The position numbers were made by a program, and so were the translations under genes. A stretch of DNA of 63,941 nucleotides, filler included, from Barthelona sp. PAP020 (Eukaryota), in NCBI GenBank assembly GCA_040182905.1. It is 3 parts of 3 records of this genome, joined end to end, with 100 filler letters (N's around TTAATTAATTAA, not from the genome) between each part and the next. Parts side by side here need not be neighbours in the genome. Positions count along the whole stretch, not along the records: positions 1 to 23,584 come from JARQWU010000165.1; positions 23,685 to 47,057 come from JARQWU010000166.1; 1 more part is not named here. One strand, 5' to 3'. Below are positions 20,701 through 29,244 of this stretch, one piece after another. The notes beneath the pieces were generated by a model that was not told the DNA's origin, searched no databases, and saw nothing but the letters and a program-made list of their open reading frames with translations. The stretch's first letter is position 1, and every line of letters begins with the position of its first letter.

Positions 20701-23584
20701 GTGTACAAGGAGTTTGTAACAAAAAGATCAAACGCATTATATGCAAATATTCAGATTCTGTTATTGTAACCAAACCTTCCTCATTCAGAGAAATGATATG
20801 TCTTAAGACTCTTTTTCTAAAACGATCCTTATTTGCAACCAAAAAGAAGTTACCACATGATACTGTATAATCTAGACATTTGATATCCGTCTTGGAGTTT
20901 GCTAAAAATGTTTCAGCAAACTTTTTGTGAACAAACAAACAATTATTGGTTTTTTCAAATTCTTGCTTGCTCATTCCAAATACACGATTAGTGCTGTTTA
21001 ACAACTCATGAAAAACTAATTCTTCCTCATGTTGAGATGAGCATCTTGGCAAAATATAGGCATCCAAAACAAATCTTAAAAGATAATAAGCAGACATTGT
21101 TCTATTGCTAGCATTTGGTGGATGTGCTTTCAATATGCTTAAGATGACATCTGCTTGACTCAAATCAAACATTCTCAAAGTGTTTGAAGTTTTTTGTGAT
21201 AACATAGTACTTAGACTAATAAAAATATCTTCTAAAGCATGTACTACACGTGAACAAAGCTTTCTATCCCCCCATGATTCATTCAAAGAATCAATTCTAT
21301 CCAAATGTTTTTCAATGATAATTGGACAATAAATAGCTATAAAACCATCTAAAGGAGATAAATTCAGCATCATTTGATTTGTATAGGGTTTAATTGATTT
21401 CCCTAAGAAATTGACACTTAAACCAATGAAACAATTGTTAAATTGATATATCAAACCACTATGGTCATGTAACTTCTTTGTTGTAGCTAATTCTAAAATT
21501 GTACTGAATAACGGTTCACAAGCCTCTTGAAAATTCAAAATCATTATACAAATAACAGTGTTAGGCGTCAATGGACCATATTGTCCAATAGATTGTTTTT
21601 TTATTTTTGCTAAAAGGAAAGATAAAAGATCTTCAACTGTTAACGAATCATGAATAACAATGGTAAAGAATTCACTTGAGATATTCTTCTTTTTGAGTTC
21701 TTCCTCACAAATTTCAGCAAAATAATGCGATCCAGATAGCATGATGAAAGAACTGAGATCCTTCAAATTGGTTTCATTTGTACGATGTAATAAAATTCTC
21801 ATCAAAAACTTCAGGTAATCTTCTCCATTCATACAATTAACCAATTCCCCACGTTCATCTGGAATTAATGTTTCAAATTCGAATTGTGTTTCAATTCCAA
21901 AAGTTTCATGCAAAACTTTGATAAAGTTTAATCGTAATTTTCTTAAATTTTCAGCAGTACGTATCGCTCCTACAATATAAAACACCCAACATGCCCACAT
22001 TACTGTATCTTTATTCATGATCTTTTTGTCGTTTAAATATTCTAATAAGCGAATGCAGATTTCCCCCATTGCAAAATCAAGATCAAGCATTTTTAAACAA
22101 TACATGTAAGAATCAGCATTGTGCTCTCTTTCTGCCTCCAATTTAATCAGAATTTTGGATAATGTTTCAATGTTTAAATTGAATTGCTTAAAATCAATCT
22201 TTTTGATCAACTGAATGAAAGTTCCGTTCAATTGAAAGGCAGGTGGAAAGTTGACACCAAATTTTTGAGAATTTTCAACAACACAAAAACCAAAATTATC
22301 CAACAAACAAAGTGCCCCAAAAGAATTAAACTTGGTTACCAACGAGCCATGTTGACAATTAATGTCAATCGCTTCAGGTTTAAAGGCATTTTCAACCAGA
22401 GAAATTTCAACACTGTGTGAAGTATCAACTAAATAAATAAATTTTGCACTCAATCGCACAGATTGACCATTGACTTCAGCTGCATAAGATGAAAACGAAC
22501 AAAATTGTTTAGGGATATTCAATTGTAAATATTGCTGCAAGAGAAAAGAAGCTTCTGTTGGTCTACTGATAAATACATATACTACAGTTAATATTACTGG
22601 ACGTTTTGAATTTTTAGGAAAATGATGCACAATTTTCTGCAGTTTATCAAGTGTTTCCTGCTCGAATGTTCGTAACATTATGGAAATATCATGAAAACTT
22701 GAAGTGTCAACAGTAATCACTAATGTATGAGAACGTCTTCTAATTTTTGTGGCTAAATCCTTGAAAAAAGGCGGTAAAATTGTTTGTAATAAAGTCAATT
22801 GAGTCATTGAATGAACATTTTTTGATATTATAGCCATATCGTTGTAGATCATCAAGCATGTATACAGATTCAAAACTTCTTTGTAGGAAACAGGAGTTCC
22901 AGGTCTTTGTAAATATAGTTTCACGACATTTGGCACTTTGACACCCGCAAAAGGATCATATGTCACAAATTGCTCCATGTTTAACTTTTGGATATCATTA
23001 GAGATGTCAGTGAACAATACTTCAAAGAATCTATGGTGTTCTGTGTGTTGTTCAAATCCTCCTGTTAGATTATGCAAAGAATATGAAATAAATCTTTGAT
23101 TAAACAACTTCAAAGTGAATGAAATAGCCAAAAGCACAGTTTCTTCTAAGATTTCAACAGATCTATCATTTTCTGGACGTTGTTTTATTAAAAACGAAGT
23201 GAAATTACATATAGCTCTAATAATCCTAGCAGTAGATTGTGTTGAAGGATAGAAAATTAAACCATGAGCTTCACATAAATTGACAAAATTTATGAAAATT
23301 TCGGATAATTTATCTGCTAAAGAAATAGGCAATGGAAAATTATTTACAATAATTCCAGTTGCTATTCTTGGAGAAATATATTCAATTCTATTGTGATTTT
23401 CAACTTCAATTTCAACATGTTGATAACATGTTGATAATTCACTGATAACAGTACTAGCTGTTAGAATGATGGGAGTAGATAATTTTTCTGGAAATTCATT
23501 GACTAAAATGTGTTTAAAAGGTTCAGGTAATGCATCTACGTAATAGAAAATGATCCAAATTTGGTTCATACTAGTAGAATGAGT
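14702..23584 (-). CDS. Divergent dynein heavy chain-like protein, 5'-partial (end of AAA1 to C-terminus)
   Basis: Ordered dynein-like blocks: ALPEPFKHIL (AAA1 end), VLNLYTCLMIYN (AAA2), KQSIGQYGP (AAA3), HIMRLIFLLQTPCTHMFFLG and ERLEKNFHVFL (AAA4), coiled-coil stalk ending KNWEQEL, GFRFGNDTYEID and TIHLSPQQNSLDTLL (AAA5). The frame stays open from the ATG at 23569 to the contig edge at 23584. Confidence 0.85.
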   Translation of the reverse strand, partial: THSTSMNQIWIIFYYVDALPEPFKHILVNEFPEKLSTPIILTASTVISELSTCYQHVEIEVENHNRIEYISPRIATGIIVNNFPLPISLADKLSEIFINFVNLCEAHGLIFYPSTQSTARIIRAICNFTSFLIKQRPENDRSVEILEETVLLAISFTLKLFNQRFISYSLHNLTGGFEQHTEHHRFFEVLFTDISNDIQKLNMEQFVTYDPFAGVKVPNVVKLYLQRPGTPVSYKEVLNLYTCLMIYNDMAIISKNVHSMTQLTLLQTILPPFFKDLATKIRRRSHTLVITVDTSSFHDISIMLRTFEQETLDKLQKIVHHFPKNSKRPVILTVVYVFISRPTEASFLLQQYLQLNIPKQFCSFSSYAAEVNGQSVRLSAKFIYLVDTSHSVEISLVENAFKPEAIDINCQHGSLVTKFNSFGALCLLDNFGFCVVENSQKFGVNFPPAFQLNGTFIQLIKKIDFKQFNLNIETLSKILIKLEAEREHNADSYMYCLKMLDLDFAMGEICIRLLEYLNDKKIMNKDTVMWACWVFYIVGAIRTAENLRKLRLNFIKVLHETFGIETQFEFETLIPDERGELVNCMNGEDYLKFLMRILLHRTNETNLKDLSSFIMLSGSHYFAEICEEELKKKNISSEFFTIVIHDSLTVEDLLSFLLAKIKKQSIGQYGPLTPNTVICIMILNFQEACEPLFSTILELATTKKLHDHSGLIYQFNNCFIGLSVNFLGKSIKPYTNQMMLNLSPLDGFIAIYCPIIIEKHLDRIDSLNESWGDRKLCSRVVHALEDIFISLSTMLSQKTSNTLRMFDLSQADVILSILKAHPPNASNRTMSAYYLLRFVLDAYILPRCSSQHEEELVFHELLNSTNRVFGMSKQEFEKTNNCLFVHKKFAETFLANSKTDIKCLDYTVSCGNFFLVANKDRFRKRVLRHIISLNEEGLVTITESEYLHIMRLIFLLQTPCTHMFFLGTNFPNKEFLITLAFQLLGLCGKSPTVVNVEKVEDFTSLLRAALINDDIACCLLDSTTIKKTISGELNIFPHAFTIATFESYSESNATILDYILYEFPEFYTECIKWFSKKDLVKVIDNRVHLNRKIMERLEKNFHVFLDIRKEFLLDPRLNTYFAQISVPSFIFPQLKISTSDLLFAVTSTMPQLYTLLGFDEETLGLLHNIFTRDRTSNLMHHFASTFKHFVDLTASQKPTYFCEVSVFENYVHKNLENSVENAFTRSIFQKYLKSFIENCALSAKASMKRLIKLKDAMTFNTYMNDAIIDRNDVLNAIPKRLKIIENRLSELVLALGTNTVSRDKLVLNFEKDEEYRDELASIIKYLNDQLVEVQNDYLKTKMIHKSVIDRYLLELGRLTMSEKVEMFSSIAIMEKLNEVLQCFYIIKEGVEWDHNDQKNTLQSLKSIFFSHELLIKFVEENLDRMLSEDLLKLLLNGYNEVKDLKISETNDVVRFILVLAQYINNLSISHKKIKTLDEEIIENSHKHQQIITKIRTTKHSELTLTSTLAKNSQLYEELLEEKFKLEKKMVEARKSVEKLEKVQTFMISIGKNWEQELNVLTCTLGLDSNLENEANVGYEINNILDSKLTNLALSCMNSVILTLCVWLPSEARENLLRFSVLDLSSRGLIPEIQEGFTETLSFYGLFQLLETSEALYERCGTKKILKDADIDVIFNFIGNHTHNLNSKICGARCGKPTINSFEKTNDIKENRDFNRYSSRSFSAVTPILPNDFENIEHYIQKRNENAETIQNDILTYMSYSKANSIFSDCMDNDLTPLSPQDDNHDNIVVDGYPANEIEERDLNYLNGNSSDSDIEIFEQQTCSIDTKVESACTNSLYSTAYIVGNETIVDGTPNTPNACGPSMINRPNLFKLYEHLKDIPVLSSLSTGLCAYCFDPLLISSIVLLASERIVVMFDIFDIGVKLIEVIKKNYVMFNAYDDDLDKKVVDLASKGETIIINSFDNIELISFALLELMKKMALTSDNFGFRFGNDTYEIDGSSQIIVLSLINPLDVKYLNTVFNMFVTIHLSPQQNSLDTLLHRSIVNDFDETSEQVYSALRTMILSTRAKQNQMENNIVEFFSELPKTVDVFDDDAMFMDLSKLVETTETHDTVNKIVYSLIDLIENQMFNEITIDCTISAGFLAAAQKFAELSNKIFISPSFNWTLQRTSKYVNEFYSNDDIRFEDFLNDEQNSPTKISDETMKTIRSIFSYLANGIVNKFTQTERLVFGLLITEKLGIIPAEKMNLFSSIINGTIASIDVLLDNLNVNTMQIIQNGLMDGSFEAWIHNNQPETINYFKTNYNLNIIDDINLKFEEFLILSVQRKERIPVMTNYFLSHILGFTALSLEANSHDFDFPIRSDGSTLSTISFEGYDFVIVPNTQRGNVPPNAFIIEDSSIELPEFAVDIALFDVDLKPQLASLLVDSCSNHQKRLFLVKSVHNKELATNVLKAALIPGTAVEFDYITWPFAFPLVFKQLFLKSLLECTQHVPKTSVADPYIRICLLYACISMFFTADNNYSLPISTVIHGCKIAEKYFSIMSKEQFIDHLFETIFQGLSSNDELLGFCRHFCTRIIYADEESKFFGRLSTSGDLSFLRLRNWLRNHDEELNNLSIYIGSWCQHSVIPSKLIMNFNRLVLFLLGKPQMLRKNNDSSLLMDNLTQLQDYLWNTLEIPADHYVYRSTNLLTSIFLFEFYALNHVRTLFLSQLTSLADGLAGKISINSMNNLILYSLLNAEIAPPILLRALKPLLWMQCPPTIHSKIIDSRLNSRVNLIDLAEIVSDQYSIFSNFIEQTSNCVSQKEFFQHIEEMKIQFSALIYRDLWVKFFLTHAKTLLKSNSDEELSLLLIPDNYQIDLQNCTKKLIIMNNLALKNCVKVKNSILQKENEASPTEITFSLGAHINLPNLNLHVCKKDTLENLKIKHKTFTCELKDSTNSFTLFHYFTNFPFEILLKMIGFVDSTCL

Positions 23585-23684
23585 NNNNNNNNNNNNNNNN
23601 NNNNNNNNNNNNNNNNNNNNNNNNNNNNTTAATTAATTAANNNNNNNNNNNNNNNNNNNNNNNNNNNNNNNNNNNNNNNNNNNN
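23585..23684. other. Artificial contig-joining spacer (44N + TTAATTAATTAA + 44N)
   Basis: Exactly 100 nt with a 12-mer that gives stops in all six frames. The same structure recurs at 47058-47157. Confidence 0.97.
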
Positions 23685-24051
23685 AAGATTTTAAATTTTT
23701 CCATAAATTAGCCTTGACCACTAATCGGAATCAACCAAAGGTTAATTCCTTTGGGAGTCGAAAAGTTGGTTTTCTGCAAGAAAAAACCTCCTCGCTTCAC
23801 AAGTTGTATTTTTTTTTTTTTTTTTTGAAACAATTATTTAATGTATCACACAAATATGACCAAAATGAAAAACTTACAAAGCTTTCGATTTCATATTCAA
23901 GAAAAGAACATAGAACAACAAAATGAAGACTCATTAAAAGCCCAAAAGATTCCCTTTTTTTTCCACCCAAATATTTTCGTTTTACCAATGCTAATATGTA
24001 TGAACAACTTTTTAAAACAAATTTTGTATCTATTTTTTCTCAAGGCAGACC

Positions 24052-27000
24052 TCAGTTTTTTGATTGAGATAACTTTTCATTATCAGAAATAGATGTTGGT
24101 AGAGCTTTCATGATGTTTGGATTAAACTCTTGAAATGTAGCAAAAACAGCCTTGCTGACATTTTCAACTATTCGTTGTTGAAATTGAAGGTGAGAATCTC
24201 CAGAGTTTTCTTGACATACATATTGAGGATTTTCCAAATATTCTTCTTTTCCATGTGGAATGTCAGTATTTTCAAGGGTATTCAACACATTATTACGTTC
24301 CAAATCAAATATTTCACCTTGACATTGATCAACATTTGTTTTGAACTTATTATTTTCATTTGAAATATTTACATTATTCTTTTCCATCTTTTTAGTAATA
24401 AAAATTCTATAAGCTCTATTAACCTCTCTTTTATATTCTTTCAAGTCTTGTTCTTTTATGTTGTCACAATATACCTCACAAAAATCAAATGTAAGGAATG
24501 TCGCAAAAGAATAATTTCTTTTATTAATAAAATAATCCATCAATTTAGAAATGACCAATTTTCCATTTTTATCAAAGAAAGATTGATTTGATATTTCTTC
24601 AGGATACATCAAAATGTTCTCAATAAATTTCTCAAAAATTTTAAACAAATCTAAAAAATATTTGGACAAAGAAGGTTTAAAATTGATAAATTTCAGCATC
24701 AATTCATTTTCATTTTCAATTGAATCAATGTTTGATTCAAACAAATTTTTGATAAACCATTGATCCAAAAATAATGATGGATCGTTTTGATATTTCAGGG
24801 CAGAAATGGGATCGGTATCAATAAAATCATCTGGGTATGGTCTGTAAAATTCTTTACCATTTGAGGTGTTTAACATTTTTATCAAAGCACCATTATACCT
24901 TTTGTCAGTGAGCAAATGTTTAAAGACAACATCATCTTTGAAGATATTAGATTTATCTAAATTGAAATTTTGAATAAATTTGATGATAAAAAGATTTTTC
25001 TCCTCAACTTCAATGCTTTCTAAAAGGAAATATGCTGGTAACTCAACTTCTTCATCTTCAATTTTGGAATAAAAATACCAAATAGTTGATTGTTTAAATT
25101 TTTCATCAATCATTCCTTCTTCCACATATCTGTTACATAATGACTTATCTATTTCATGGAACTGCTTAAGTATCTCCCAACGCCAACAAGCTTCTATTTC
25201 AGGGTTTGCTAACAAATTGAAAACTTCTTTTGTAAATGCTCCTCTCACGTATAAATTATGACGAATTTCAGTACAGTATGCAAACCATTGATTTATATCA
25301 CACCAACTTTCTTGTAAATTCATTAAGAATGATTGTAACTTAACGTTTTCAAGTCCAAAATAAAAATACCATGATAAAACTTGATAATAATTTGGTAAAC
25401 AATGTAAAATATTTTCAGGAAAATAATGAAGATGGTTTTCAACCAATATTTTCAAAATTCCAGAATATTTCTTTCTTAAAAATTTAAAAATATTTTCAGT
25501 GACAACCATTTCAAATTTTTCACCATAAGTTTCCAAATATTTGACTTTTTGCTCAAGAAATAAAAAATCAAGATCTAATAAAAGCTCTAAAGTATGTTGT
25601 TGATGTTTATTTAATAGCCAAATTGCAAACATTGCATCCAAAGAACGACATTCAACAGGAAACTTCTCAATATTAGTTTCAAAGATATCAACCAATTCGT
25701 TTGGAGAAAAAAACCTCTCAAGCAAAGGACAAAAATCTACAAAACACATCGCAATTTCAAATTGTTCTGCACCAAAAAGTTGAAACCATTTTTTTTTTTC
25801 AGAATTTTCGATGGAAATCTGAAAATTGTCATTTTGACTGTTCTCTGAACTCAAGAAAGTGTTAAATTTTGAACTAAAAAAATGAGAAACATCAGTTGAA
25901 TATTCTGTCTTCAAAACTTCATCTATTCTTTTCCAATAAATTAATTGAAATGTAATCAATTGAAATTTGGCTCTAGATTGCAATAAAACTTTGTTATCAA
26001 GTTTCATATTATCCAGTACAATTGCAAGACAATCTGGTATGTTGTTGCATAAATGAACAAAATTGAAATTGATTTCATTTATTTCATTTCCCAATAAATC
26101 TCCAAACTTTTGATCCCCAAATATTTCTAAAAAATGGTTTTTAAGGCATTTAATCTTTGTTTCCTCATTTATTGGAGGATTTTGAGAAAAATTAGTCATT
26201 TTTTGATTTAAAAAGTCTTTCAAAGATAATTGACCAATATTACACACATACCACATTGCAATTTCTTTATAATTTTTTACAAAATCATCAGACAATTCTA
26301 TCCTACTGAAAATACGAAAACGTTTATCACGAGAATTGTTGACAATTTGCATGAACAAATTGTTTGTCCAAAATAATTTTCTGTTGTCAAAAATGTTCGA
26401 CAACGAGAACACTTTTCCAGTTGACCCTTTTTTAACGGAAAAAGCCAACCAATTGAAAGCTTTTTCATGATCAATTTCAAAAAAACACAAGAAATCAGCA
26501 AGTGAAAAATCTCTAAATTCATCCCAAATATGATATCTAGCATATTCCCAAAATATATCCTTATTACATCCCTCCTTAATTTCCAATAAATAATGTTGAA
26601 AGAGTTTTTGCTTATTTTTATAAATATCTTCCTTTTCATAAAACCATATCTTAATGGTATTATTCATATAAGCTGACTCAGATAGTTGAGGTAATTTTAA
26701 GCCTTCAATTTCATAAAATTCTTCTCTTAAAGCATAATTGATGGAATACTTTACAGAAGAGTATTCTTCAACTGTAAAACGATCCTTCTTTAACAAAACA
26801 TAATTTTTGAAAAATGTTTCAAATTTTTGTAAAATAATCCAATCATGAATATCAATCTCCCCAAATAAATCCGAAACATGATTCAATAAGAGCTTTTCAA
26901 AATCTACAAAATCTGCGTTTCCCATTACACATGCATCTGCAAAAGAAAGTGGAGTTCTTTTTCTCTCGTCCATAAAACTAACATACCATTTACAAGCTCC

Positions 27001-28782
27001 AGGATATTTTTCCATGTAATTTGGAATTTCTACAAAGAACCAAGCATTTATTTGCTTAAAAACTTTCTTTTTAAATTCTTTGTCAACTAAATCTTTGACT
27101 TCAACCAAATCTTCTTTATCAAAGAAAAAAGGATTATTGTTAAACCATAATACCATGGCATCATTAATAAACTCATTATTTCTTGACAAAATTTCAACAA
27201 TTTCCATTATATTGGGTTGAAATAATTTATCAAGATGATTGGACAACAAATTCTTCCAGTTGTTTCGAAGATTAACATCATGAATTCGAATCAGATGCTC
27301 AAATAGATTTTCAAAAGATCTATCATAGTATTCATTCAGGTACCAATCCTTAGCATCTTCAAAATCCAATTCTAGGGGTATATTCACATCATCTTTGCAT
27401 TTAAACTCATTCAAAAAACTTACAAAATCAGAATTTGTGAAACAATTACAATTTTGAATAAATTCTGAAATATTACGTCTGGTTTCAATTCTTTCTTTGA
27501 CTTTGAAATTTTCTTTTTTAAAATAGCCATCAATTTCATTTAATGTACTAACAATACATTGTTGAACACTATTAGAATCATAAACATATGTGTATTGAAG
27601 TATTCTGTTCTCAACAGATGTAATAACAGACCTATCAACGGAAAATTCAATATCATTACTCCCAAAACCCAATTTCATATTTTCACATAGATTGTCACAA
27701 ACCAAATCTGAAATCTTTGTGATATATAACTCATTATTGATATTTAAACAGATATTTTCCTCTTCAGTTCCTTCAGTATTTTCATTTCCATATTCATAGA
27801 ATGCAATGCTAGTAATATTTCCAATCTTGATATAACAAGAATCGGAATCTAATTCATTAAACAAATAAAAACAATGAATATCATGTCCATTTGAGATAAT
27901 CAAATATTTATCATTGTTCACAATTATTGGACGATCACTTACAACATCATATTCAATTGCTTTCTGAAGAATGGGACTAAGATTAAATTCAGAATCATAT
28001 TCAATGCGAAGAAGGAACAAATATTCCATTGTAACAACCACAAAAAAATCTTTCTTAACAAAGCCAACATAAAGCAGGTCTTCAAATTCATATTGCTCCA
28101 ATATCTGAAACTGGTTATCAATATATTGAAAAAAGATAAGATGATCTTTGTTTTCCATATCTGTGCAAGTACCACAAATATATGATTCTCCTATTTTTAA
28201 ATCAAGAGAAGAAATCACAGAATCCACTTTAATATCATCAAAAAATCCATCTTCATTTAAAAATTTTAAAGTTTCAGTTTGTTTGTGAAAAAAACAAAAA
28301 GAATCACGATATTTAGCCAAAAAAATTGTATTGTCAAACATTTCAACATATTCATTGTTGTCACATCGAAAAAATCTGTTTTCTTCATCAAAAATGTACA
28401 GACTATTATTTATACAAGTAAAATCTTTTGATTGTATTTGATTGGAAAGTTCTTTGACACAACGAGAATATTCATAACATTGTTTACAATCAATGGTGAT
28501 ATTCTGGCTCTTATAATAATCAATTAAAGTAAACAAACATTTCCAACTATTAAAACAAAAAGAATACATCAAAGCATCATCAATATCGAATTTTAAATCA
28601 CATAATTGAACAAGGCTTTTTGGTTGATCAGATCTAACAATTTCTTTCAATACTTTCTTTCGACTTTCAAGATCATAAGGAATTTCTTTTTCAGCAGCTC
28701 TTTTCAAAATTCCACAAAGCCTTTCATCACTATAAGTATTCCCACCTTTCTTTAACTTTTCAAAAATACTTTCTGTGAACAT
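24052..28782 (-). CDS. Large hypothetical protein: beta-rich N-terminal region followed by degenerate W(Y/F) helical repeats
   Basis: Uninterrupted ORF; first ATG at 28782 (MFTESIF), while the track start at 28806 is TTG. Recurrent W-Y/F..S-F/L..F-L units. Confidence 0.8.
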   Translation of the reverse strand: MFTESIFEKLKKGGNTYSDERLCGILKRAAEKEIPYDLESRKKVLKEIVRSDQPKSLVQLCDLKFDIDDALMYSFCFNSWKCLFTLIDYYKSQNITIDCKQCYEYSRCVKELSNQIQSKDFTCINNSLYIFDEENRFFRCDNNEYVEMFDNTIFLAKYRDSFCFFHKQTETLKFLNEDGFFDDIKVDSVISSLDLKIGESYICGTCTDMENKDHLIFFQYIDNQFQILEQYEFEDLLYVGFVKKDFFVVVTMEYLFLLRIEYDSEFNLSPILQKAIEYDVVSDRPIIVNNDKYLIISNGHDIHCFYLFNELDSDSCYIKIGNITSIAFYEYGNENTEGTEEENICLNINNELYITKISDLVCDNLCENMKLGFGSNDIEFSVDRSVITSVENRILQYTYVYDSNSVQQCIVSTLNEIDGYFKKENFKVKERIETRRNISEFIQNCNCFTNSDFVSFLNEFKCKDDVNIPLELDFEDAKDWYLNEYYDRSFENLFEHLIRIHDVNLRNNWKNLLSNHLDKLFQPNIMEIVEILSRNNEFINDAMVLWFNNNPFFFDKEDLVEVKDLVDKEFKKKVFKQINAWFFVEIPNYMEKYPGACKWYVSFMDERKRTPLSFADACVMGNADFVDFEKLLLNHVSDLFGEIDIHDWIILQKFETFFKNYVLLKKDRFTVEEYSSVKYSINYALREEFYEIEGLKLPQLSESAYMNNTIKIWFYEKEDIYKNKQKLFQHYLLEIKEGCNKDIFWEYARYHIWDEFRDFSLADFLCFFEIDHEKAFNWLAFSVKKGSTGKVFSLSNIFDNRKLFWTNNLFMQIVNNSRDKRFRIFSRIELSDDFVKNYKEIAMWYVCNIGQLSLKDFLNQKMTNFSQNPPINEETKIKCLKNHFLEIFGDQKFGDLLGNEINEINFNFVHLCNNIPDCLAIVLDNMKLDNKVLLQSRAKFQLITFQLIYWKRIDEVLKTEYSTDVSHFFSSKFNTFLSSENSQNDNFQISIENSEKKKWFQLFGAEQFEIAMCFVDFCPLLERFFSPNELVDIFETNIEKFPVECRSLDAMFAIWLLNKHQQHTLELLLDLDFLFLEQKVKYLETYGEKFEMVVTENIFKFLRKKYSGILKILVENHLHYFPENILHCLPNYYQVLSWYFYFGLENVKLQSFLMNLQESWCDINQWFAYCTEIRHNLYVRGAFTKEVFNLLANPEIEACWRWEILKQFHEIDKSLCNRYVEEGMIDEKFKQSTIWYFYSKIEDEEVELPAYFLLESIEVEEKNLFIIKFIQNFNLDKSNIFKDDVVFKHLLTDKRYNGALIKMLNTSNGKEFYRPYPDDFIDTDPISALKYQNDPSLFLDQWFIKNLFESNIDSIENENELMLKFINFKPSLSKYFLDLFKIFEKFIENILMYPEEISNQSFFDKNGKLVISKLMDYFINKRNYSFATFLTFDFCEVYCDNIKEQDLKEYKREVNRAYRIFITKKMEKNNVNISNENNKFKTNVDQCQGEIFDLERNNVLNTLENTDIPHGKEEYLENPQYVCQENSGDSHLQFQQRIVENVSKAVFATFQEFNPNIMKALPTSISDNEKLSQSKN

Positions 28783-29244
28783 TTTTGGAAGAAAAAAGGA
28801 AAACAATCCTTTTTGACTGGAGGGAAAAATTGCTTCTTTTTTTTTCAGCCAAATATTGATTTCTTTTTAATGACCCATTTCAACAAGCGATTTATTCACA
28901 TCGTATATCTGATTGTGTAAACGTTCTTTTTTTTTTTCATTCTGTTTCTTTTATCAAATTTTTTTACATCTTCAGATTTTTCCAAAAAGAAAAGTTTTTG
29001 TGTAAAAGGTGAACATTTTTTTTTTGAAAAATCAAGACCCTTTGGAAAGAATTGAAAGAAAACAAAACAAAAAAAAAAATATATTAAAAACAATTTGTTG
29101 GTATTATTTATGCTTTAAATAAACAAATATAATTAAACTTCCATGTGAATGTCAACAATGTTGAAAATAAAATCTTTTCTTTCTTGGATTGGTAAGATTC
29201 TCAATTTTTTAATTTGTACCAATTTATTATGTTAATTTATTGAA

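Noticed and set aside
23629..23640. TTAATTAATTAA as a biological palindrome or target site
   Set aside because: It is embedded symmetrically in N runs at both joins, so it is an assembly linker.
23685..24050. Short ORFs and small hairpins (CCAAAGG/CCTTTGG) at the start of contig 2
   Set aside because: The ORFs cross homopolymer runs and are low-complexity; the hairpins are short and match no RNA family I can recognise.
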